A stretch of DNA of 64,000 nt from Squalus acanthias (taxonomy: Eukaryota), in the NCBI GenBank assembly GCA_030390025.1, contig CM059432.1, positions 81,718,001 to 81,782,000 of the forward strand, in the 5' to 3' direction. Numbering within the stretch: the first letter of the stretch is position 1; every line of letters starts with the position of its first letter. This document shows positions 48,434-59,353 of this stretch, piece by piece. The notes under the pieces were generated by a model. That model was not told where the DNA came from, made no database searches, and worked only from the letters and a program-made list of their open reading frames with translations. A program made the position numbers and the translations under genes.

Positions 48434-49316
48434 GGGGGAAAAATTTGGTTACTTAGCGCCTCCCGTTAGCGCCCTAAGAGGGCGCTAATGGGGCGCAAAG
48501 CAACTTGCGCCCGGACGCGGCGATGTTTGCACCGCTCGCGAAGTTGACCAGACATTTTGCGGCGGCGCTAAACACTACCGCCACGATCTCCTGCACCCGC
48601 AGATCGTGACGTCAATCGAGCGTGCAACGCCCCGGACCGGATATTGAGTGGCGCCCCCTGCCTTACCGCCTGCCACTAGCAACGACAGGTTGAGGGGAGC
48701 GTGTTGCAGTCGGGAAGGGACTGGGGGAGCGCTATTTAAAGGTGACCGCTGCCTGCCTTTTTTTGTCAGCGACATTTTTGCACCACGCATTCTGAGAGAG
48801 AGAGAGAGAGACTTCTGGAGAGATTCAACGCTGTGTGAAAGAGTTTTGGGTACTGAGCAGCACTTTGCAGGTTCATTTTGATTTGACCTTCCTAGCATCG
48901 ATTTAGAAGAGACTATGGGGGCTGCGCTCTGAGCTCTTTCCCTGGTCCTCTCCGTTGTTCTTTCTAGCAGACTTGATGTACAGGTCTCTCCAGACCGAGA
49001 TTCAAGGCTGCAATGAGCAGGGTGTGGATGGAGAGCAAGATCAACCCTCCCCTTTACGAACTGGCCGGCACCAGTATGTCTGTCTTCCATTGCTGACTGA
49101 TATCACATGAGCTTCGCCCGCGCTCTGAGTTAGCGCCTCGCTCCTCGGCCTTTGCGCCTTAAGACAGGTGTGTAGTGCCTGATTTAGCGCTCCAAATATC
49201 TCCAGGGGCGATAAAAGCCAAGTTTGCAATCGGAGGCGATAATTAGCGCCAGGCGCTAAACTTTGCGCCCGGCCAATAATTGCGCCCCAAATGGGGCGAT
49301 ACTGAATTTCTCCCCC
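48434..49316 (+). mobile_element. Harbinger MITE family A1
   Basis: TIRs GGGGGAAAAATT / AATTTCTCCCCC and TSD TTG. Confidence 0.92.
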
Positions 49317-49337
49317 TTGATGTCTTAGTTCCTATGG

Positions 49338-49808
49338 GGGAAAGAGCTCAGAGTGCAGCCCCCATAGTCTCTTCTAAATCGATGCAAGGAAGGTCAAATC
49401 AAAATGAACCTGCAAAGTGCTGCTCAGTACCCAAAACTCCTTCACACAACGTTGAATCTCTCCAGAAATCTCTCTCTCTCTCAGAATGCGTGGTGCAAAA
49501 ATGTCGCCGACAAAAAATGGCAGGTAGTGGTTGCCTTTAAGTAGCGCTCCCCCAGTCCCTTCCCGACTGCAACATGCTCCCCTCAACCTGTCGTTGCTAG
49601 CGGCAGGCGGTAAGGCAGGGGGCGCCACTCAATATCCGATCCGGGGTGCTACCGGGGCGTTGCACGCTCGACTGACGTCATGATCTGCGGGCGCAGGAGA
49701 TCGTGGCGTTAGTGTTTAGCGCCGCTGCAAAATGTCTGGTCAATTTCGCGAGCGGCGCAAACATCGCCGCGTGCGGGCGCAAGTTGCTTTGCGCCCCATT
49801 AGCGCCCT
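49338..49808 (-). mobile_element. Family A1 MITE internal fragment, inverted, no TIRs
   Basis: Reverse complement of about 48480-48942. Confidence 0.85.
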
Positions 49809-50814
49809 ATGAGTCTGTAATAAATATTACAATCATTTGATCTTTAGAAATAAACTTTAAGCAGCACAGTGGTACAGAACTTAGTCTGCTGTGTTGCGAA
49901 CTGGGGAACAACATACGGCACATGGTGACTTAGAGAAGACAAGAAAAATATTTTAAACTGGGCAGAAATTAAAGACAGTTTAAAAATTGAACTCATACAG
50001 TACCACTTCCCCCTCCTTAAGGAAAGTTCTCTGCAGGAGGCAGGAAAAGGCTACAATATTTTCTGCTGACTTATGCTAGGTACGGTTCCCTAGGCGCTAG
50101 TGAGGGGCAAATCGGGCTCATCGTTTATCCTTCATAGCCAATTTCCATTGCAACTGAGCCAACAGCAAGAGCCACTTACTGAAATGGAGAGGAAGACTGG
50201 CATCTTCCTGGTTTACAAGTACCACGTTTACTGATGCATGTATCCACTAAGCCATTACATGAGCTCAGACCATGTATGAGTAATTGGTCACTGGCAATCA
50301 GAAGTGGGATCACTGACTGATTTTTTTTACTCTCCGTAGTCCGGTAGCACGGATCAGACAACTGCACAGACCAGAAATCAAATACCGAGCTCTCAAAACC
50401 CTATGGCTCTCATTTCATCCCTCTCTCACTCTGTTATAGTGTCTGGATCTGACTGAGAACATTGTGGTTTGGCAGCAGATCAGTCGACTGTGCCGCCCAA
50501 CTAGCACTCGGGCCAGTGAGGGACAAATTGGGCTCATCGTTTACCTGGTTTAACTTTTGCTTCTGTTGTAATTTAACTCGGCCTCACTATGCAGCCGTGT
50601 TCAGTCATTTCCACTTTAGCAGCAAAAAGCTTCAGTCGAAGCCAGAGCAACTCGGGTAAGAGGTAGGACAGGACTGACTCTGGCAGCTGGCAGTACTCAC
50701 TAGGAAACAGGAAGAGATAGGAGGGAAAACCCAGGAACAGTGTTGAGGAGGAGTGGGGCACAGTGCCAGCATGGGGTGAAGAGGCACAATGACAACATGG
50801 CTTTAGAAGGAGTA

Positions 50815-53180
50815 AGAACATGAGAAATAGGAGCAGGAGCAGGAGTAGGCCATTCGGCCCTTCGAGCTTGCTCCGCCATTCAATAAGATCATGGGTGATC
50901 TTCTACCTCAACTCGACCTTCCCACACTATCCCCATATCCCTTGGTTCCCTAAATCTATCACTGATTACGGCATCTCTGAGATCCCCTGGCATGCTCTCC
51001 TCCTTCCAGATAAGAGAAATAAGTTCATGAATTCACGCCAGTAGTGCTTCTCCGCCATGCTTTAGTGCCTCGGCCGGGATTCCATCTGCTCCTGAAGCCT
51101 TGTTGTTCTTCAGTTGTCGGATGGCCTTTTCAACCTCATGCCAGGCTGGGGTTGTGCTGAGATGGTGGCGGGTAGCATGCTGCGGGATGGAGTTGAGGAC
51201 ACTCGCGTCGAAGACAGAGTCTCGGTTAAGGAGATCTTCGAAGTGCTCCTTCCAGTGGGCACTGACTGCCTCCCTGTCCTTGATGAGTACCTCTCCGTTC
51301 TTGGCCCGTAGTGGGGTAGGACCTTGGGTGCTTGGGCCGTAGGCGGTCTTGACTGCGCTAAAGAATCCACGCACGTCGTGGTTGTCAGCTAGCTGCTGGA
51401 TCTCCTGCGCTTTCTCCACCCACCATCTGTTCTTTAGGTCACGAGTTTTTAGTTGGACCTCGGCCTTCAGGCATCTGTAGAGCTGCTTTCTTACTCTCAA
51501 GTTGTGTTGCTGTTTCCAGATCAGGAATGCCTTGCACTTGCAGCTTATTAGCTCCTGGATCTCCTGGTCGTTCTCATTGAACCAGTCTTGGTGTTTCCTA
51601 CTCGAGTGACCGAGCGTCTCTTCACAGGTGCTGATTATGGAGGCCTTGAGTGCAGACCAGGCGCTGTGGACACTCTGTGTCTCTGCATCATGGGGAGTCG
51701 TTCGGTTGGGTGTGAGACACAGGCTGAAAAGGGCTTTCTTAGCAGGGTCTTTGAGTGCTCCAGCGTTGATTTTCCTGCGGCATTGTTTCTGTTGCCGCTG
51801 CTGTTTTGGGGCTACATTGATGGAGATGGCAGAGCAGATTAGGCGGTGGTCTGTCCAGCAGTCGTCAGCTCCTGTCATGGCGCGGGTGATGCAGACGTCC
51901 TTGCGGTCCCTCGCTCGGACGATGACGTAGTCCAGCAGATGCCAGTGCTTGGAGCGAGGGTGCTGCCATGAAGTATTGTACTTGTCTCTCTGACGGAACA
52001 AGGTGTTGGTTATGACAAGGCCATGTTCTAAGCATTTCATCAGGAGGAGGGTACCATTGGAGTTGGCTTTCCCTACCCCCTCTCTGCCGATCACACCTCC
52101 CCTGAGGTCTCCGTCGATGACAAAGTCCAACACCGCCTTCAGTGTGCCAGTGTAGCCTTTGGTCGCCTGAGGAAGAGAGTGTTTGAAGACCAGGATCTCA
52201 AGCCCAGCACCAAGCTCATGGTCTGCAGAGCAGTAGTGATACCCGCCCTCCTGTATACCTTAGAGACATGGACTATATACAGCAGGCATCTCAATGCACT
52301 GGAGAGGTACCACCAATGCTGCCTCCGCAAGATCCTGCAAATCCATTGGCAGGATAGGCGCACCAACGTCAGTGTTCTCGCTCAGGCCAACATCCCCAGT
52401 ATTGAAGCTTTGACCATGCTCGATCAGCTCCGATGGACGGGTCACATCGTCCGCATGCCCGATACGAGACTCCCAAAGCAAGTGCTCTACTCGGAGCTCC
52501 GACACAGCAAGAGAGCCCCAGGTGGGCAGAGGAATCGCTTCAAGGACACCCTCAAAGCTTCCTTGAAAAAGTGCAACATCCCTACCAACACCTGGGAATC
52601 CCTAGACCAAGACCACACAAAGTGGAGGAGAAGCATCTGGGAAGGCGCCAAACACCTCGAGTCTCTTCGCCGGGAGCAAGCGGAAGCCAAGCGCAAACAG
52701 CGGAAGGAGCGCACGTCAACCCAAGCACCCCACCCACCCGCCCCTTCAACCACCGTCTGCCCCACCTGTGACAGAGACTGTAGGTTCCGCATTGGACTCA
52801 TCCGTCACCGGAGAACTGATTTTTAGTGTGGAAGCAAGTCATCCTCGGTTCCGAGGGACTGCCTAAGAAGAAGAGAAATGTATCAATCTCTGTCTTGAAT
52901 ATACTCAACAATTGAGCATCCACAGCCCTCTGGGATAGAGAATTCCAAAGGTTCACAAGTGAAGAAATTTCTCCTCATCTCAGTCCTAATTGGCCGACCC
53001 CTTATTCTGAGATTGTGATCCCCTTGTTCTAGACTCCCCAGCCCGGGGAAACATCCTCCCTGCATCTACCCTGTCATGCCCCTTAAGAATTTTATATGTT
53101 TCAATGAGATCACCTCTCATTCTTCTAAACTCTAGGGAATATAAGACTAGTCTCCTCAATCTCTCCTCATAGGACAATAT
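50815..53180 (-). mobile_element. CR1 3' end split by an RTE insertion
   Basis: Tail and hairpin at 50815-50960. Coding part YEERLRRLVLYSLEFRRMRGDLIETYKILKG at 52876-53180. Confidence 0.85.
50962..52875 (+). mobile_element. RTE LINE with an inverted 5' segment
   Basis: 50962 to about 52110 encodes the endonuclease/linker on the minus strand. About 52111-52875 encodes the ORF C-terminus on the plus strand with an AAGAAGAAG tail. Flanked by AAATCTATCA / AAATGTATCA. Confidence 0.9.
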
Positions 53181-53529
53181 GAGTTGGAGTACCGGGGGAG
53201 AAAGAGGGATACAGTGCCAGAACGGACATGCAGGCAGGAGACGGAGTGCCAGCATTGACTGGGGAGGGAGGAACAAAAGAGGGTCTATTTGCTTCATCGG
53301 GTGCCTGTAGCCTCTCTTTAAAGTATCTATTTCCAGCCTCTCATGCTACATTCAATTGATGGTGCATCTGTGCACTCTCTGCACTCCATGGCAGTCCACT
53401 AATACACCAGGCATCCCTAGTAACACAAAAGCAAAATGCTGCAGATGCTGGAAATCTGAAATAAAAACAGAAAATGCTAGGAATACTCAGCAGGACAGGC
53501 AGCATCGAGGAGAAAGAAACAAAGTTAAC

Positions 53530-54222
53530 GGCCCGTATTTTCTGATCGGAGGCTTCCTGCATGCGGAGGCCTCCAATCTGGAAAAAATCTACGAAATTAC
53601 CTGAGGGCTCCCGAGGTGCGTATACTTCCGCTCCTGGGCCTCTCCAACTCGAAATGCGCAGGGCCCACGTATCCCAGAGCCACATGCAGTTCGCAGCGTC
53701 CCTGGGATCACGTGGGCCATGGGGAGCCAATAGGAGAAGGAATCTCCCTTCATACACTTGACAGATAGACCTGTCAAATATATGAATGGAGATCACCCCA
53801 AAAACATAGTAAAACATTAAATATTTTTTTTTTAAATCACACTTTTAAAATGATTTGAAAATACAATAAATTAAATATTTTAAACAAAAATTTAATTTTT
53901 TGAAAAAAATAGTTAAAGCTTTTTACGGGGCTAAAAATAAACCTACCTTTTTAAAAGTATTTTTAAATGATAAATGAGTGAAAATTTTTTTTTTTTTTTA
54001 CTTTTTTCAACTCTTATGCTGGTAAAAACAGGCTTTACGCTTTTACCAGGCGGAAGATTTCTAAGGTTTTCTGTGGGCGGAGGTTCTCCAGAAAGCGGAA
54101 CTATCCGCCCGCAGAGGCCCTTCTCCAGGGCAGGCGTTCGATCTGTCAAGAGCATTCTTGACAGATCGGAAATGCCGGTTTTCAGCACGTACACACCCGT
54201 AGGGATCGGAATATATGGCCCC
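53530..54222 (+). mobile_element. Harbinger MITE family B inserted in a Penelope terminal repeat
   Basis: TIRs GGCCCGTATTTTCTGATC / GATCGGAATATATGGCCC. The host GTTAACG|TTTCAGGTCGATGACC is split. Confidence 0.88.
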
Positions 54223-54499
54223 ATGTTTCAGGTCGATGACCTTTTGTCAGAACTGGAAAAAATTAGAGATGCAACAGATTTTAAGCAAGTGTAGGGGCAG
54301 GGAAAGGGGGGAGGGGAGGAAAGAACAAAGGGAAGGTCTGTGATAGGGTGGAAGACCAGAGAGATTAAAAGACAAAAGGGATGATTGTGCAAGGCAAAAG
54401 GAGATGGTAATGGGACAAGTAAAGAAACAAAAGATGAGTCTAGAAGAGGTGTAAATGGGAATGGCAGAATCATCAACAGCTGCCATGTGAAAAAATAGG

Positions 54500-55082
54500 G
54501 ATAGAAACGTAGAAAAATAGGAGCAGGAGTAGATCATTCGGCCCTTCGAGCCTGCTCTGCCATTCAATATGATCATGGCTGATCCTCTATCTCAATACCA
54601 TATTCCCCCTCTCTCCCCATACCCCTTGATGCCTTTTGTGTCTAGAAATCTATCTATCTCCTTCTTAAATATATTCAGTGACTTGGTCTCCACAGCCTTC
54701 TGTGGTAGAGAATTCCACAGGTTCACCACCCTCTGAGTGAAGATATTTCTCCTCATCTCAGTCTTAAATGTCCTACCCCGTATCCTGAGACTGTGACCCC
54801 TCGTTCTTGACCCCCCAGCCAGAGGAAACATCCTCCCTGCATCCAGTCTATCTAGCCCTGTCAGAATTTTATACGTTTCAATGAGATCCCCTCTCATTCT
54901 CCTAAACTCTAGTGAATACAGGCCTAGTCGACCCAATCTCTCCTCATACAACAGTCCTGCCATCCCAGGAATCAGTCTGGTGAACCTTCGCTGCACTCCC
55001 TCTATAGCAAGTATATCCTTTCTTAGGTAAGGAGACCAAAACTGCACACAGTACTCCAGGTGTGGTCTCACCAAGGCCCTGT
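54500..55082 (-). mobile_element. CR1 3' end nested in the Penelope element
   Basis: ORF 54592-55074 reads VRPHLEYCVQFWSP...GIKGYG, followed by the tail. Confidence 0.92.
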
Positions 55083-56387
55083 TTAAGCACCAAGGCAGAG
55101 GTTATGGTCTGAAATTGTTGAACTCGATGTTGAGTCCAGAAGGCTGTAAAGTGCCTAATTGAAAGGTGAGGTGCTGTTCCTCGAGCTTACATTGAGCTTT
55201 GTTGGAACAGTGTAAGAGGCCAAGGATGGTGATGTCAGAGTGGGACTGGCGTGGAGAATTAAAGTGACAGGCGACCGGAAGCCCGGGGTCACCCTTACGG
55301 ACTGAACGAAGGTGTTCGGCAAAGTGGTCACCCAATCTGCGTTTAGTCTCCCTGATGTAGAGGAGATCGCATCGTGAGCAGCGAATACAATATACTAAAT
55401 TTCAAGAGGTACAAGTAAATCGCTGTTACACCTGGAAGGAGTGTTTGGGGCCCTGGACAGTTGGAAGGGAGGAGGTAAAAGGGCAGGTGTTGCATCTCCT
55501 GCGCTTGCACGGGAAGGTGTAATTGGATGGGGAGGGAGTGTTGGGGGTGATTGAGGGTGGACCAGGGTGTCACGGAGGGAAGACAAGGGTACCCTATCGT
55601 GGTTCTGGGAGGGAGGGGAAGGGGTGACAGCAGAGGTGCAGGAAATAGAATGGACACCATTGAGGGCCATGTAAACCATGGTAGAGGGGAATCCTCGGTT
55701 GAGGAAAAAGGAAGACATATGGAAAGCACTAGTATGGAAGGTGGCACCGACAGAGCAGATGCGATGGAGATGGAGAAACTGGGAGAATGGAATAGAGTCC
55801 TTGCAGGAAGCGAGGTGGGAGGAAGTGTAGTCCAGGTAGCTGTGGGAGTCAGTGGGCTTGTAGTGAATGTTTGTCGATAGCCTATCCCTAGAAACGGAGA
55901 CAGAAAAGTTGAGGAAGGGAAGAGTCGGAGATGGACCATGTGAAGGTGAGGGAAGGGTGGACATTGGAAGCAATGTGACTGACATTTTCTAGTCCAGGGC
56001 GAGACCAGGAATTGGCACTGATACAGTCATCAATGTACCAGAAAAAGAGGTGAGGGAAGAGACCTGAGTAGGACTGGAACAAAGAATGTTCCACATATCC
56101 CACGAGAAGGCAGGCATAGCTAGGGCCCATGCGAGTTCCCATAGCAACACCTTTTAATTTGGAGGAAGTGAATGGAGTCAAAGGAGAAGTTGTTCAATGT
56201 GAGAACAAGTTCAGCCAGGCAAAGGAGGGTGGTGGTGAATGGGGACTGGTTGGGCTTCTGTTCAAGGAATAAGCGGAGCGCCCTCAGGCCGTCCTAGTGG
56301 GGGATGGAGGTAGTAAACTACCTAGTAAAAACAGAAAATGCTGGAAATACTCAACAGGTCAGGCAGCATCTGTGGAGAGAGAAACAG

Positions 56388-56424
56388 AGTTAACGTTTCA
56401 GGTCGATGACCCTTCATCAGAACT
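56388..56424 (-). ncRNA. Minimal type I hammerhead ribozyme (PLE family 2)
   Basis: Minus strand reads AGTT-CTGATGA-A-GGGTC-ATC-GACCT-GAAA-CG-TT-AACT. Confidence 0.75.
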
Positions 56425-57739
56425 GGAAAAAGCTGGAGATCGAACAGGTTTTTAAGCAAGTGCAGGGGCAGGGAAAGGGGGGAGGGGAGGCGAGAACAAA
56501 AGGGAAGGTCTGTGATAGGATGGAAGGCAGGGAGATTAAGAGACATTAAGAGATGGTGCAAGGCAAAAGGAGATGGTAATGGGACAAGTTAAGAAACAAA
56601 AGATGGCTCTAGATGAAGTGTAAAAGAAATAAAAATAAAATGAATGGAAAAAAAAAATAGGGGCAGAGGTTATGGTCTGAAATTGTTGAACTCTATGTTG
56701 AGTCCAGAAGGCTGTAAAGTGCCTAATCGAAAGATGAGATGCTGTTCCTCGAGCTTACGTTGAGCTTCATTGGAACAGTGTAAGAGGCCGAGGACGGTGA
56801 GGTCAGAGTGGGAGTGGAGCGGAGAATTAAAGTGACAGGCGACCGGAAGCTCGGGGTCACCCTTACGGACTGAACGGAGGTGTTCCGCAAAGCGGTCACC
56901 CAATCTGCATTTGATCTCCCCAATGTAGAGGAGACCACATCGTGAGCAGCGAATACAGTATACTAAATTGCAAGAAGTACAAGTAAATTGCTGTTTCACA
57001 TGGAAGGAGTGTTTGGGGCCCTGGACAGTGGGAAGGGGGGAGGTATAAGGGCATGTGTTGCATCTCCTGCGCTTGCACGGGAAGGTGCCGGGCGAAGGGG
57101 AAGGGGTGTTGGGGGTGATAGAGGAGTGGACCAGGGTGTCGTAGAGGGAGCGATCCCTTCGGAATGCTGAAAGGGGAGGTGAGGGGAAGATGTGTTTGGT
57201 GGTGGGATCACGCTGGAGGTGGCGGAAATGGCGGAGGATGATCCGTTGAATGTGGAGGCTGGTGGGGTGAAAGGTGAGGACAAGGGGAACCCTATTGTGG
57301 TTCCGGGAGAGAGAGGGAGGGGTGAGAGCAGAAGTGCGGGAAATAGAACGGACACGGTCAAGGGCTGTGTCAACCACAGTAGTGGGGCATCCTCGGTTGA
57401 GGAAAAAGGAAGACATGTCAGAAGCACTGGTATGGAAGGTGGCATCGTCAGAGCAGATGCGGCGGAGGCAGAGAAACTGGGAGAATAGAATAGAGTCCTT
57501 ACAGGAAGCGGGGTGGGAGGAAGTGTAGTCCAGGTAGCTGTGGGCTTGTAGTGAATGTTTGTCAAGAGCCTATCCCCAGAGATGGAGACAGAGAAGTCAA
57601 GGAAGGGAAGGGAAGAGTCAGAGATGGACCATGTGAAGGTGAGGGAAGGGTGGAAATTGGAAGCAAAGTGAATGAAATTTTCTAGTTCAGGGTGAGTAAG
57701 TTGGCTATGAACCAGCTATAGTTTGGCTGGCCAGTTCTC

Positions 57740-59353
57740 TCTCATCAGGTACTGTCCCCCTCTCATTCAAATCTGCCGTCATCACCCCTCTCCACAAAAA
57801 AACAACCTTTGATCCCTCCGTCCTTGCAATCTACCACCCCATCTCCAATCTCCCTCTCCTCTCCAGTCCTTGAACGTGTTGTCACCTCCTAAATCCGTGC
57901 CCATCTTTCCCGCAACTCCATGTTTGAATCCCTCCAATCAGGTTTCCACCCCTGCCACAGTACCGAAACAGCTCTCATCCAAGTCACAAATGACATCCTT
58001 TGTGACCGTGACAAAGGTCAACTATCCCTCTTCGTCCTTCTTAACTTGTCTGCAGCCTTTGACACAGTTGACTACTCCATCCTTCTCCAACACCTCTCCA
58101 CCGTCGTCCAGCTGGGTGGGACTGCACTCGCCTGGTTCCATTCTTATCCATCTAATCATAGCCAGAGAATGACCTACAATGGCTTCTCTTCCCACTTCCG
58201 CATCGTTACCTCTGGTGTCCCCCAAGGATCTATCCTTGGCCCCCTCCTATTTCTCATCTACATGCTGCCCCTTGGCGATATCATCTGAAAACACAGCATC
58301 AGTTTTCACAAGTACGCTGATGACACCCAGCTCTGCCTCACCGCCACTTCTCTTGACCCCTCCACTGTCTCTAAATTGTCAGACTGCTTGTCCGACATCC
58401 AGTTCTGGATGAGCAGAAATGTTCTCCAATTAAATATTGGGAAGACTGAAGCCATTGTTTTCGGTCCCCGCCACAAACTCCGTTCCCTAGCCACTGACTC
58501 CATCCCTTTCCCTAACATCTGTCTGAGGCTGAACCACACTGTTTGCAACCTTGGTTTCATTTGACCCTGAAATGAGCTTTCAATCACATATCCGCGGCAT
58601 AACTAAGAACGCCTATTTCCACTTGCCTCAGCTCATCTGCTGCTGAAACCCTCATCCATGCCTTTGTTACCTCTAGACTTGACTATTCCAATGCACTCCT
58701 GGCTGGCCTCCCACATTCTACCCTACATAAACTTGAGTTCATCCAAAACTCAGTTGCCCGTGTCCTAACTCCTTCTTAAGGGCAATTAGGGATGGGCAAT
58801 AAATGCTGGCCTAGCCAGCGATGCCCACATCCTGGAAAGAATAAAAAAACTCACACCAAGTCCTGTTCACCCATCACCCCTGTGCTCGCTGACCTACATT
58901 GGCTCCCGGTTAAGCAACGCCTCGATTTCAAAATTCTCATCCTTGTTTTCAAATCCCTCCATAGCCTCGCCCCTCCTTATCTTTATAATCTCCTCCAGCC
59001 CCACAATCCCCCCCCCCCCCGCCCACCCCGAGATATCTACGCTCCTCTAATTTTGGCCTGTTGAGCAGCCCTGATTATAATCACTCAACCATTGGTGGCC
59101 GTGCCTTCTGTTGCCTAGGCCCTAAGCTCTGGAATTCCCTGCCTAAACCTCTCTGCCTCGCTACCTCTCTTTCCTCCTTGAATGACACTCCTTAAAACCT
59201 CCCTCTATGACCAAGCTTTTGGTCACCTGCCCTAATTTCTCCTTATGTGGCTCGGTGTCAAATTTTTTGTCTTAGAATATCCAGTGAAGCGCCTTGGGAC
59301 ATTTTACAACGTTAAAGGTGCTATATAAATACAAGTTGTTGTTGTTGTTGTTG
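57740..59353 (+). mobile_element. L2 LINE RT and 3' end
   Basis: QSGFHPCHSTETAL, LSAAFDTVD, GVPQGSILGPLLF and YADDTQL, with a (GTT)n tail. Contains a ~77-bp insertion of the Crack-like tail at about 58771-58847. Confidence 0.92.

Larger units (their letters stand above)
53424..57695 (-). mobile_element. Penelope-like element family 2, two truncated units in tandem
   Basis: Terminal repeats start at about 53424 and 56329. RT motifs KGVAMGTRMGPSYACL and WYIDDC. GIY-YIG NLVYCIRCSRCGLLYIGE...RFAEHLRS occurs twice (55102-55500, 56670-57416). Interrupted by a MITE and a CR1. Confidence 0.9.
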
